Positions 13,620 to 26,912 of a stretch of DNA of 64,000 nucleotides are shown here, piece by piece. Every line of letters begins with the position of its first letter. Within the stretch, counting starts at the first letter, position 1. Below the pieces are notes generated by a model, which was not told the DNA's origin, searched no databases, and saw nothing but the letters and a program-made list of their open reading frames with translations. A program made the translations under genes and the position numbers. The stretch is taken from assembly GCF_008831285.2 (NCBI RefSeq), contig NC_045138.2:6448001-6512000 (forward strand), read 5' to 3'. Source of the stretch: Nymphaea colorata. Lineage: Eukaryota.

Positions 13620-14270
13620 GTGTGGGAATATGGTGAAATCAACCAAATATCTAAATGATATTCATCTCCTCAACAATGGAAACAGAGTTACTCTGGTTGA
13701 GAATGTCTACTGGAGAATGTCACCCATCAATTCAATTAAGAGATTTCTTTACATGCTAGCTCCTATCCCAATTCATTACTAAAGATGAGGAAAAATAGTC
13801 ATTTTCCCTAATTTACACAACCTTACATCTATTGCGTATTGTTTTGCATCTCATAAATCCTTTCTTGTAGCCATCTCCCAAGACATGGAACCAATGCCAT
13901 TTCGAAAACTATTTATCCTCGTTGGCACAAAGGCAGTAACAAAAGAAATCCCAGACTTTAGGGCACCGATTATGTAACAAATTATATTATGTGGAGGAAC
14001 CAACATGGAAATAAAATAAATATTGTGGTTCTACATGCGCAAGCCACACCCACCATTGCTCTTAAACTAATTGAGAATAAGTTGGTACACAGCATAATAT
14101 TTGACACTTAACAGGAAGGTTATTCGGATTATCTCACATTTGCTTCACTTCAAATGGATATTGACAATGTCTTTCTTCATAGGGTGTCTTCAGTGGGGTA
14201 GAGATTGATATGAAAATTGAATAAACTGTTGTATGGAGTTAAATAAGGTCCATGGAATTGTTGTGTGAGC
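13620..14270 (+). mobile_element. Highly degenerate Copia RT fragment (copy B ~30340-31100)
   Basis: Translates to FLVAISQDMEP, QMDIDNVFLH and KLNKLLYGVK*GPWN, matching Copia RT motifs QMDVxxAFLHG and LxKxLYGLKQ. Confidence 0.65.
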
Positions 14271-16152
14271 AAGAAGAATATTATATCATACCGCACCAAA
14301 CAAGAGAAACGAAATCTACAATTTAGTTTCATTTAATACACAATTTCGTGATGCATAGAAGGTAATACTAAGAACAGAATAATTACCTAGTTAAGAAGTC
14401 TTCACTTCAAGTATTTATTCAACAATTTTCATGAAAATAGTGACCCATATTAATATTTCCCTACTTAAGTTATAAGCAAAAAGTAACGCCAGAAAAACAG
14501 AAATTTTCTTGAAACAAATTTCATACATAATTAAAATAATAACCATATTTATTCAAGTATATGCGGTATAGATTCTTTGTCACTAAATAAGAAAGAGAGT
14601 TGATCATTATATAGATTCTCTGGTCCAATCCGATTCATTAGCGTTCGTGTTCTACAGCACCTCATGAATATTAAAATCTCATATTCTTGAGTTGTTCTAG
14701 TCCAAATTGGTTATAAATATGCAATTCATATTGTTAATTCGATGAGAATCAACCTACAAATTCTGAAATATGAGATCTATACAAAGCTAAACAATATTAA
14801 ATAAGACATTTTCTCAATGCTAAAAGGCAAATTAAGTATTTCAAGTGTAGATTTTAAATCGAATCTAAAATTGATTCTGTCTTGAACTATGAATTTTACC
14901 GGGATCTTGTCATAGCCTACTGTTTACTTCTTGAGGCTTGTTTTATGCCTTGAACAACTTTTGTAGGGACGGCTTCCACCTTAGGTAACTTTTGCCCAGA
15001 TTTTCAGAAAGACCCCTAAACGTGTGACTAAAATCAGTAAAAATAGTTCACTTCCATTTTAAAAAGAGGAGTGACCATGAAGGAAAAGAATAACCTTCAT
15101 AGAATCAAACAACAAGACAATAAATGTCGTTTTCTGTGAATAATTAGGAAAACTTATTTTACATCAAAATGTAAAAATAAAATTGTTCTATTTTTTTATC
15201 AAACGGAGCTGATAATCAATCATGTTTAAATTTGATAAAAACAACTAAAAGTTCAAAGATCAAAAAGTAGTTGCACTTTAGATTTAGTTATCTAATTTTA
15301 TCTCCTGGAGGTAACATATGACATTAGCAAGGACACAATTCCGACCATTGTAAATGTGCCAAATCTGGGTCATGAGCTATTTGAGACCACCACCATACAT
15401 ATACAATCACAATCAGATCTAGATCTGGTATGGAAACTATGTGAGGATTCAGATCTAATACCTCTTTATCACAAACCCGCGACCCATTTGGCTGGTCAAT
15501 GGTCATCCTGATAAAGTCTCAAAAGTAGGGATATAAACGGGTCAGACCCAATCGAATTTAAATTCGAATACGGTTTGCAGTTTAAACACTAAACATAAAT
15601 TCGAATAAAGTACCCACCAGTATCTGATAAAGATCCTATCTATATAATCAAGCTAGATCTCGCATTAGTCGGATCCAAATTCGGTTTCCCAAAAAACCAG
15701 CTCTGGATTCAAATATTTAAATATGATTAGTTCAATTGGTTAAAGATTAAACCCAACCAGAAGCCAAAATTACAACCCGTGACCTAAAAGTCAAGACACA
15801 AGACAACTGGTGCAGAAATTTTTTATTTTAACTTATTTCTCTTGGTTTAATTAGATGTAACATAGTCTTTTTAAGTATATCTTGACATTTTTTATTCACT
15901 TTTTTTTTCGTAAAATTATCTGCAAATTTTTAAATATTGGTCAGTCTTTTGCAACATATCAAAGTTGAGCAGTTAGTTGTAAAGGTCTCACACATAAATG
16001 AATGAATTAGATCAATAATAAACAACTGAATGGATCACTTGATTTACTACTCAAAGATCTAACCATCATGTCTTTACACTTCTGAGCAAATAGTGCTACA
16101 TGTAATTAGGTTATGGGGTGCTATTATAGCCTACTTAATTTTCAAAAAAGCA

Positions 16153-16934
16153 TCCCATGGAGTGGTGGAATGTCCCATTGTTGAAGCTAATAGCTAGGAT
16201 TGGTCCATCTGTAATGCTCTATAAATAGGTTATAAAGTTTCCGAAAGGGTTTTGGATGGGCAAATGATCAAGCCAATGATGATCTAGGGCATTTCGTTTT
16301 AACTTGCTCTGGTCTTTCCTGTTACATTAACAAGCAGGCACTGCTGGTAAAGCTATGTTATCCTTATGAACTCAAGAGCTCAAATCCTTCAGCCTTCTTG
16401 AGTTCCATCCAACCACGGCTGCCCAATGCATCCCATCTTATGTAAGTCGGAGGATTGCTCCATCTAAACCCGGATGAAGAAATCCACATGTCCCTCATGT
16501 GCATGTCATTGCTTAAAGATTACCACTGTGTTGTATAGATAGTATGCATTTGTTATCTTCCTACCTGTAAACTTCATCATGAAAGTTCAACAATCACAAA
16601 ATTCGAGAGCATGTTCTAAAAACTTTACTGCATCAACTGAATACAATTTTTGATATATATTTTTCCATTGATGATGCTATATTTTTTGAAGTAAGAAGAC
16701 ATAACTTTAATCTCCAAGCAGTGTCATGTTCATGAGGATGGCATAACTTTATCAGCTGCAATTCCTACTTGTTAATGTGAGAGGGAAGACCAGAGCAAGT
16801 TAAAACTAAATGACCCACAACGTTGGCATGCTCGTCCAAAACTTTTTGAAAACATTCTAACCTATTTGTAAAGCATTGTAAATGTGCCAATCGTATTAGC
16901 TTCGATAATGACACATTCCATCTACTTCATGGGA
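16153..16934. mobile_element. Foldback / Pack-MULE-like element with ~210-bp inverted arms
   Basis: 16153-16371 is the imperfect reverse complement of 16728-16934 (ttttaacttgctctggtctt / aagaccagagcaagttaaaa), with a ~355-bp interior. Confidence 0.75.
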
Positions 16935-17990
16935 GAGAGAAAGGCATGTCCTCTACTTTCCATTCTCTTTCTTCTTTCTTCATATATTTATTTTTTTCTG
17001 TTCTCTTTCCTTCGTATTTTTTTCTCTCATTCGTTTCTCTCTCTCTCTCTTTTCTCTCTAGTTCTTCAAGGGGATAAAGAGAAATGGTGCCATAAGAAAC
17101 ACCTCAAATTAAGCAGGGTGAGGAGGACCACCTTAAAACCTTTCTTTTCTTTTTGAGCTCCCCTTTTTTATCTATTTTTTTTCTGCTATTTCATTATTCT
17201 CTTTCTCTCCCTCTCTCTTTCACACACACACACACACACACGTTCTCTCTCTCTCTCTCTCTCATATATATATGTATATAAAGTTGAGAGATAGAGATGT
17301 ATAAGGAATAAGAAAAGAAATAGAAAAGGTGTCCAATAAACAGAGAAAAGGTCTTAGGGTGGTCATTTGCACCATGCATAACATGAGTTCCTATGACACC
17401 GTTGCTCATTGTCTCCTTAAGCAAGGAGAGAGAAAAGGGAGAAGGTGAGAAAGGAATTAAAGAAGAAATACGAAGGAAAAAGGAACAAGAAATATATATA
17501 TGAAAAAGAAAAATAGAAGAAAGAGAACAGAAAGCTGAGGACGTTCCCTTCTCTCTCAACTGTGGCCAGCAAAGGGTGCTCTTATCACACAAATGCACAT
17601 GCACACAAATGGGAGGAGGGCCAAAGCACCCGGGGAGAGAATAGCGGAAATGCTGGGGAGTCATTCTCTCTCCTTGCAGTTGCAGTTTATGATCTGGTGC
17701 TACTTTTCTCCAGTTATCAACTCCACCACCTCCTTTCTCTCTCACTGTGTGCATCTCTCATTAGGGAAAAACTGGAGTTATAGGGAAGTTTCATTCAAAG
17801 AACACGTATTGCTTTTCTTCGATGAAGTTGCAATAAGCCTTGGTTTTGATATGGCTTTTGAGATGGCTGGTCCTTCAAGAAAATCTGCTATTAATTAGAA
17901 CAAAGTGTTTTGAACTTGGTGTTGAGTTTTCTTTTACAGAAATTATTATAACGTCCTATCCCTGGTGATTGGGACTAGAAGGCAGCTAGT
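16931..17990. repeat. Microsatellite-centred inverted repeat with truncated left arm (copy B ~34250-35090)
   Basis: Left arm 16931-17210 is homologous to 19310-19590; centre is (CA)n(CT)n(TA)n; right arm 17283-17990 is homologous to 19660-20358. Confidence 0.75.
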
Positions 17991-18883
17991 TTCCATAACT
18001 CATGGGGCATCAGCATCTTGTGCTGTAAAAGGAGAGACACTGATATACAAGTTGAAGCACAATAGGGCTTTGCAGTAAAATCAGGTCTGGTACCCTGGGA
18101 AGATGATGCTTTCAGCTATCTTGTTGGGTGGCAGGATGAAAACCTCCCCCAACTCTTTGAAGGAGGATCACATTTCCATTCGTTGAACGTATACCATGCG
18201 CACCACATCATTTTCAGTTTCCTTAAGCATAACCTTAATAAGTGATGCAAACTCCTCTGTTGACCATCACCATGCCTTCTTAATTAATAGATTCACCACT
18301 CTGTGTAACATGCAAAACAGAAGGCCTTATGCATAACACAAATCATGGAGAAAACTTTATGAAAGGGGGTATCAGGATTGCAGAAAATTTTAAATGGGAT
18401 GCTGATAACCTTACAGGTTTCGTTTCTTGTAGAGCATGGTGTAATGTGCGTGAATGTTGTCTGATTGGCAGACATTCACAAGCTTGTGATTCATAAAACG
18501 TGAGATCACCCTCAGCAAGCTCAGTAGGATACTATGATTTGTGTTCCAACAATCAAATTTAAAGAAAAAAAATATGTATAAGCAGGAAAAGCACAGAAAA
18601 TTAACGTTTTAGGCAACATTACATGTATAAGTACAAAAGCCTATGCCTCAAACGTAGTGATAACAAAGATGGCACATTTAGATTCTAATATTGTTATTGA
18701 CATTGCATGTTGCCTAACATTTAGCAATACCAACTGTACATTCCAAAGTTCGATTATTCATATCTAAGTTTTACAAATTTATGCTTTTGCTTTATTTGTG
18801 AGAATAGGGTTGGTAGGAATACCTCATTTCTACTGTTGTTTTAGAACTTGTATGTCATAATCTTATGAAATGGAAAATATAGT

Positions 18884-19601
18884 AACTGCCTTGGAAACAG
18901 TAATTGTTTATGATGTCAAAGTAATTCTCATTAAAAAAAAAAACTCAAAAGCAATTCGAAAACACTCTGGTCTGGTTAGAAAGAGATGTTTGTGGACAAA
19001 ACATCTGTGAAATAGGTAGAAAAAAGCTTAGTGTGAGTTTGTCGAAGAAAAGCAATAAGCGTTCTTTGAATGAAACTCTCAAATAACCTAGGTTTATCTT
19101 AATGAGAGAGAAAGGGAGAGGGAGAGAGAGAGAGAGAGAAGACGGTGGAGGTGGGTACCTGGAGTGGAGGAGCATCAGATCATCAACGGCCATGGAGAGG
19201 AGAGAGAACGGCTCCTTGCCAGTCACATTGTTCTCTCCTTCGGTATTTGGGCCCTCCTCTTCTTTGTGTGCATGCGTTTATCTTTTTGATAAGTGCCGAC
19301 AGCAGTTGGGAGGGAGAAAGGCATGTCCTCTGCTTTCCGTTCTTTTTCTTCTTTCTTCATATATATTTTTTCCATTCTCCTTCCTTCGTACTTTTTCTCT
19401 TATTCCTTTCTCCCTCTCTCTTTCTTCGTTCTCGTTGTTCAAGGGATAGTGAGCAGTGGTTTCATAGAAAACACCTCATATTAAGCATGGTGCAAGGACC
19501 ACCTTAAAATCTTTTTTCTCTTTTTGAGCTTCCCTTTTTCTCTATTTCTTTTCTGCTATTTCATTATCCTCTTTCCCTCTCTGTTTCTCTCTCTCCCTTA
19601 C

Positions 19602-19652
<51 letters not shown>

Positions 19653-20358
19653 AATGTGTGTGATAGAGAGAGGTTCAAGGAATAAGAAAAGAAATAGAAA
19701 AGATTCCACAGAAAGAGAGGAAAGGTCTTAGGGTGGTCATATGCACCATGCATAACGTGAGATCCCTATGAGGCCCCTGCTCATTATCTCCTTAAACAAG
19801 GAAAGAGAAGAGAAAGAGGGTGAGAATGGAATTAGAGAAGAAATACGAAGGAAAGAGAGCAGAAAAAATGCATGAAAAAAGGGAAACAGAAGAAAGAGAA
19901 CAGGAAGCAGATGGCATGCCCTTTTCTTTCAACTGCTGCCAGCAAAGGCTGCCCGTATCACACACATGCACTTGCACAAAGAGGATCAGGGCCACAGCAA
20001 CAAGGGAGATAATAGTTCCAATGCTGAGGAGTCACCCTCTCTTCTTGCTGTGGCTGTTGACGAACTGGTGCTCCTCTTCTCTAGGTATCCACCTCCACCT
20101 CCTCCTTCCTCTCTCCCACTTTGCGCCTTCTTCATCAGGGAAAAACTGGGGTTATTGGGGAGTTTTTTTCAATAAACAGGCATTGTTTTTCTTCAATAAA
20201 CTTGCAATATCCCTTGTTTTTGATCCGTTTTTGAGATATTTGGTCCTTCAATCTCTTTGAAAATCTACTATTAATTAGAACAAACTGTTTTGAATTTTAT
20301 TATAAGTTTTATTTTATAGAAATTCTTGTTGAGTCATATCCTTGGGGGTGGGCAGCTA
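18884..20358. repeat. Long imperfect inverted repeat (~700-bp arms) centred on (TA)n
   Basis: Reverse complement of the left arm aligns with the right arm, e.g. gcatggtgcaaggaccacctt / agggtggtcatatgcaccatgc and ggtggaggtgggtacctggag / ctctaggtatccacctccacc. (TA)n lies at 19604-19649. Confidence 0.85.
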
Positions 20359-22039
20359 ATTTATGTTTGGAACTCATCAGGCATGAGCTTCTTGTTCTGC
20401 AAAAAGAGAGACACTGATATACAAGTTGAAGCATAGCGAGACTGTTCACTAAAATCAGGTCTGGTACTATGGGAAGATCATGTCTTCCACTATCTTGTTT
20501 GCTGGTAGGATAAAATACTCAAACTACTCACTGAACATAGACTGTGATGTCTTATCACGCCTGAGGCAGTTGCTCTCTTTCCATTGGTTGATCCCATACC
20601 ATGTGCACCACATCATTTTCAGCTTCCTCAAACATAAACTTAATAAGTGATGAAAAATCCTATGTTGACCATCCCACGCATTTTTAATTAATAGGTTCAC
20701 CACTCCATGTAACATGCAAAACAAAAGGCCTTATGTACAAGACAAATCATGGAGCAATTTTTACGAAAGAATTTGTCAACATTAAAGAACATTCTAGTAG
20801 AGCATGGTGTAACGTGCATGAATGTTATATGATTGGTGCGCCCCCCCCCCCCCCCCCCCCAAGTCTTGGAGGAAAAAGGTGAGGATTGTGGTTAGAAGGA
20901 AACAAGTGAAGGGTCAACTACTTTGAGAAAATTGGAGAAGTGTAAAGTGGGATTTTGGTCATTATGCACGCTGGTGCACAAGGGTGTATATGACCATTTT
21001 TGTTTCGAAGATGCAGAGTGTTGAACATTCCAAACGCCACCTAAATTAAAACAAATAGGCTGTGCTCCAATACTTAATAAATATATATATATTAAGTATT
21101 GACTATTGAGGCATACAAAAGACATAGTACCAAAAATGGCAAAGCTGATTGCAAACACAAACCTCTGCATTGTGCATAGGACCATGTGCATGACATGTAC
21201 CCTCAAGAGTGGGCCAAGGAACATTGTGCATAGGACTATGTGCATGACACGTACCCTCAAGAGTGGGCCAGAAAGACACATGTCATGCGCCGTATAATCA
21301 CCTCTCCACAAAGGGTGGATGGGAGAAGATGTAACCTACCTTCTTGAAGAAGAGTGAGCAGCATGCACCACTCTGTGCAAGCAGCAAATGTGCACTCTGG
21401 TGCACACAGGGGTGTATATGACCACTTTTGTATCGAGTCACAATGTATTCCTGCATGGACATTTTGCTCATTTCCTCCAATTTCCTCTCATATTTTGTGA
21501 CCTGAAAAATTAAGGACATAAGTAAAACCTAAGAATCAAATAGTCCATCGATAAACAAAATGCTGGTCGAAACATATAATAACTACTATAAATTTTGATA
21601 GCTATTACCTTTTTTTGAAAAAAAAATCCTAATGTTATTTTAGGGGAGAGATGGTGACAAACACATTAGTATTAGATTAAAATTAAGGTTCTCATGTTGA
21701 AGTGGTAAATTGAGGTTCTCATGTTGAAGTGGTTGTTAATTATTAAATGAGAATGAATTTCATAGAATTCATTTTTGAGGTGGAGATTCTTAAAGAATGC
21801 AATGCAAGGTGACAAATTGCTCTTTCCTATGTTGTGATTTTGAACAATTGTTATTCTCATGACAAGTTTAAGTGGACCTATGAAATCATGCTACTATATT
21901 TATTAATGGTTACTAGTTGGAGTTGGACCTATGGTTTAAGAAATGGACATAGCTTTGTTTTTGTTTCATGCATACTTGTTCCACCCTGCCAATTGTATAA
22001 AGGTTGATTCTTTATGTTTTGATGCTTCAACTTTCATAG

Positions 22040-23629
22040 AACTGTGATCAAGCTCAGGACTCTTTTCTCAAAGGTAAATTATTCAAGTTGGTCACGCTTT
22101 CATGTAGATCTCCCGTTGGAAACTGTCGTACTTGAGGAGATGTGTCGATTTTCTCATTGCCAAGTCTTGCAGTATCCGTTTCCTCATTTAGTGGCAATAA
22201 GAAAATCGACACATCTCCTCCTCAAGTGCAACGGTTTTCTACTGGAGATCTAGATGAAAGCGTGACCAACTTGAATAATTTACCTTTGAGAAAGAGTCCT
22301 GAGCTTGATCACAGTTCTATGAAAGTTGAAGAATCAAAACATAAAGAATCACCTTTCCAGATACAATTGGCAGGGTGGAACTTTATGACAGGAATGCAAC
22401 AGGTCGAGAGGAGATGTACACTAAGATCGTGCATACTAATGAATGTGAAACAGGTCAAGACTCACATGGTAGCAACAGCAACAAGCACTTCCAATCCATT
22501 GTTGGCAGCAATATACCACCAACAGCAACTGATGATGAGAATTTGCTCTACCTTTCCATAATTTTCTCCCAAAATTTGACCGCACTCAGGCTGTTAATCA
22601 AATTGGATCAAGTCCAGATTGTGCTGCTCCAGCGGATGAGTTTGTGAACAGATATAGAAAAAGCTGTTTTGAGCAGCGATCATTCTCAGAACTTTTGTGC
22701 ATGGCAGAATCATCAATGTTCAAAGGTCTATATGCAAACATGAGTCACTTTGGGTCACATGGAGCGCAAGTTCGAAATGCTTCTGATCAGTTGCTGCATG
22801 AAAAGCGAAAAACAAACTTAGATAAGGTAAAAGTTAATAACCTATTTTTTATTGCAATATCAAGCAGTCATGGTATTATGTGAACTGGAAATCTTCATAC
22901 AAATTTCTCGATCCATTCTTAGAACCTCTGAAAAACTAATTCCATAGAAAGACAATGAAATATTTCAAAAGCTATAGTGCCCTTCAAATAGAAAAAAATT
23001 ATTTAAAACAATGGGAGAATGTTTTGCGGACAGAAAAGAGATAATTGATTTGGCAATTATGAAAACGCAGCTGCGAATATGCAACAACTTTTAACAATTT
23101 TCTGATTTTAAAAACTCATATTCACTTGTTGGCTTTTATGGTCACTTTCTTTCTTTACATGCACCTAAAGGTCCTCTTTCCTACTTCCATTTACATTAAT
23201 ACCTTTAGATTCCTCACTCATCGGCACTCAGTAGCCTTTATATTTTTTCCTTCAGTCTAGCTGCCACTAATTTCAACTTGTGCAAGATAATCTCTGAAAA
23301 GTGAATTAGAATAAAGCATTCGGTGCCACCATCCTGCCTCATGCGTCGGAGAAGAAATACGAACACTAACTGATGAACAACTAAAATCCTTGCAAGTTTT
23401 AGGAGCAGGGCCTTCACTTGAAATAGACAATTTCCCTAAGATAAATGGTGAGAACAAGACTTCATCAGCCGAAGACACATCCTCGGTCATAATCCTTGCA
23501 CAGGAGGCACATAGAATCAGTTCCGTAAACAAAGCAACAAATACAGATGGGCTTCTTGGCAAGTTTGGGTACCGCAGGCAATGTCATCTTCTCTTTCTTG
23601 TAGAACTTTGTGGCATGAAACCGTGGTTA
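22040..23629 (+). pseudogene. Duplicate of the two-exon gene remnant
   Basis: Collinear with 204-1785, with the same splice-like sites and the same two in-frame TAA stops in exon 2. Confidence 0.5.
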
Positions 23630-25417
23630 ACTTGGGAAGTTTCATTCAGAGAACACGTATTTTTTTCTTCGATGAAGTTGCAATAAGCCTTGATTTCGAT
23701 ATGTTTTCTGAGATGGTTGGACCTTCAAGAAAATATACTATCCCAGGGGATTGGGACTAGAAGGCAGCTAGTTCTATTTGGAACTCATGGGACACTGATG
23801 TACAAGTTGAAGCACAATAGGGCCTGCAGTAAAATCTGGTCCGGTACCCTTGGAAGATTATGCTTTCAGCTATTTTGTTGGGTGGCAGGATAAAAACCTC
23901 CTCCAACTCTTTGAACAAATCACTGTGACATTTTATTATGCCAGAGGCAGTTGCTCCCTTTCAGTTTCCTTAAACATATCCTTAATAAGGTGATGCAAAA
24001 TCCTCTGTTGACCATCACCGTGCCTTCTTAATTAATAGGTTCACCACTATGTCTAACATGCAAAACAGAAGGCCTTATGCATAAGACAAATCATGGTGCA
24101 AACTTTATGAAAGAAGGCTTCAGGCATCAGCTTCTTGTGCTGTAGAAAGAGAGACAATGATATATAAGTTGAAGCGTAGTGAGACTGTTCGTTAAAAACA
24201 GGTCTAGTACCCTGGAAAGATGATGCCTTCAACTATCTTGTTTGGTAGCAGGATAAAATCCTCCTCCTACTCATTGAACATATCACTGTGATGTCTTATT
24301 ATGCCCGACGCAGTTGCTCTCTTTCCATTAGTTGATCCCATACCATGTGCACCACATCATTTTCTGCTTCCCGAAACACAAACTTAATCAGTGATGCAAA
24401 CTCCTATGTTGACCATCCCCACGCCTTCTTAATTTAATAGGTTCACCACTCCAAGTAACATGCAAGACAAAAGGCCTTATGTACAAGACAAATCATGGAG
24501 CAAACTTTATCAAAGAATGTGTCAGGACTGCAGAACATTCTAAATGGGATGCTGATGACCTTATAGATTTCTTTTATAGTAAAGCATGGTGTAATGTGCA
24601 TGAATGTTATATGATTGGTGCCCCCTCCCAAAGTCATGGACGAAAAAGGTGTGGAGTGTGGTTAGAGGGAAACAAGTGAAGGCTCAACTACTTTGATAAA
24701 ATTGGAGAAGTGGAAAGTGGGGTTTTAGGATATATAATATTATATGTTCTGTTCCATAGCATAGTATATGTCATATAGTTGATTTATAGATAAATATATG
24801 TAATGTGTCTTTTAAATCATGTTGTAAGCAAGATATATACTCAGATCTAATAGCAAGAAAGTACATATCCAAAATCACAACAAATGTATATATATATATA
24901 TCAAGTAAAAGTCATGAACCATATATCAAATAAAATAAAATTATTTAAGAAAACAAGTGAAAAAGTAACTTCATCATCTGGCATACATTCACATGCCTAT
25001 GATACATAGAACTTAAGATCACCCTCAACAAGCTCTGCAGGATACTAGGATTTGTCCTCCAAGAATCGAATTTAAAGAAAAAAATATCTATATGCAGCAA
25101 AGGCATTGAAAATAAAATTTTAGGCAACAATACATGTATAAGTAAAAAAGGTCATGCCTCAACGTAGGGATTATCAAAGATGGCACTTTTAGATTCTAAT
25201 CTTATTATTGACATTGGATGTTGCCTAATATTTAGCACTACCAACTGTACATTCCAAAGTTCCATTATTCACATCCATATTTTCCAAACTTATGCTTTTG
25301 CTTCATTTGAGAGAATAAAGTTGGCGGGAAGACCTCAATTCCACCGTTGTTTGAAAGCTTGGATGTCATAATCTTATAAAATGAAAAATATAGTGATAGT
25401 TTTCTGTCTGCTTTATT

Positions 25418-26569
25418 CCAACCTTTCATGCAACAAGAAAGTAAAACCACCTTGTTCTAAGGACAACATTGGGATTTTTTATACTTTTACACCAACTCTC
25501 CACCGTATATTGTTTCCTCATGAGATCCCAAATGTCCCTACCGTGACCTATTGTTCAAGTTTGACATGATGACGTAATTTGTTAGGAGTGCCCCTAATAG
25601 TAGGGATAGTTTTCCCTATCCCCTTCAAAAGACTCCAAACCGAGTTTTGGCATATAAGGTCAAAATGCAGCATTTGATTAATTGAGAAATGAGAGTTGGA
25701 ATGCGAAATGCTATATTCTTCAATTAGAACACAATTGCTAAGGAGACAAGTTAGCCATTTATGATTCCAAAACTTTGTCGAGCCTTCTTCAATCCTCCAT
25801 TTAATGCTATTGGCAATTCCTTTCGAACTATTGGAGAGACCTTTAAAGAACCAGAGCCAAGAGGAGTTCTTGAATATCTCATGAGGCCAGAAAGTGTCAT
25901 TTTAGAGGTAATTCTTATGAACAAATTTGGCCCCGGCTTAACTTGAAGCAAACCTGCAAAGCAAGAAGAGCAATTTGACTTTGACTCATTTCATAAACAT
26001 CGTTAATGTCTTCCCTACCTTCCTTAATAAAATGACTGATCACATTCCAAGAAATGAGATACTGAATCCAGTCTGAGAAGAAGAGTCCCAAAGGAAGGAA
26101 GGCATGAGAGATTGGATTTCTTTAATGACCCTCACAAGAAGATGGAATACAACTGTCCAATATTGAATAATGTAAACTATTACGTGATTTATGAGGCACA
26201 ACCTGCCAAAAAACAAGATGAACCTTCACCTCCAACTGGCATGCTGCTTGTTGACTTTGAGAATTATGCACTCTCCTCTCTCAACCGGTCTTGGAACAGA
26301 GTGACTCCAAGGTAACAAATGGAGAAACTCCTGACCAACCAACCAAGCACAGAGCTAATCCAATGGACCATCAAATCCTCCACATGAAATGCGATGAAGA
26401 CATACTTACTGGAGTTAATCCTAAGCCCCATGCAATTGGACAACTTCTGCAACATAGATTTCATCATTTTCACGGGATTGACCTTTGCCTGAAAAAATGG
26501 CAGTACATCACACATGACGGATGCGATCACTGAACACTTGCCCTCACGGGGAAGGATGTGCAAAGAAAG
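25418..26569 (-). mobile_element. Degenerate L1-like LINE fragment, copy B
   Basis: Collinear with 3620-4770 (minus-strand GLRINSSK…YLGV motif); ends at a junction with Copia RNase H. Confidence 0.85.
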
Positions 26570-26912
26570 CAATGTGACAGCCAGAGTACTATATACTTGA
26601 CAAAAAAACCAACTTTTCACTGAAGGACGAAGCACATTGATGTTAGATATCATTGGATTCGTGATATGTTTGAGCAAAAAGTAATGTAATGCAGTTAGAG
26701 AAGATAGATGCAGAGAAGAATCCTACTAATATTATGACAAAGTCTCTTCCTAAAGAGAATCATGACAAGTGTAGAGACCTAATTGGGGTGACTGCCTTCA
26801 AGGCAGTGCATTAAGTTTATTTATTTTGCAGGTATGATCCGTCTTTTGAGGCTGGAGGGGGAGTTTTTGGGTTGGGTCCAGCGTCACCGACCTGACCCGT
26901 CCACTCACATGA
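26570..26912 (+). mobile_element. Copia 3' end: RNase H, polypurine tract and start of 3' LTR
   Basis: Encodes CDSQSTIYL…KHIDVRYHWIRD. PPT GGAGGGGGAG at 26854-26863 is followed by ttgggttgggtccagc, matching the LTR start at 6070. Confidence 0.85.

Larger units (their letters stand above)
1..20960 (+). repeat. Segmental tandem duplication, copy A (starts before the window)
   Basis: Base 1 (tgttgtgatttagaacaattgttattctcatgacaag) recurs at 21830, offset 21829. Collinear high similarity continues with indels (e.g. 10203~26944, 16153~33462, 19650~36699). Confidence 0.95.

Noticed and set aside
20841..20860. Poly-C tract as a functional element
   Set aside because: Expanded homopolymer of the ccccctccc motif seen in paralogous modules (~2799, ~24621).
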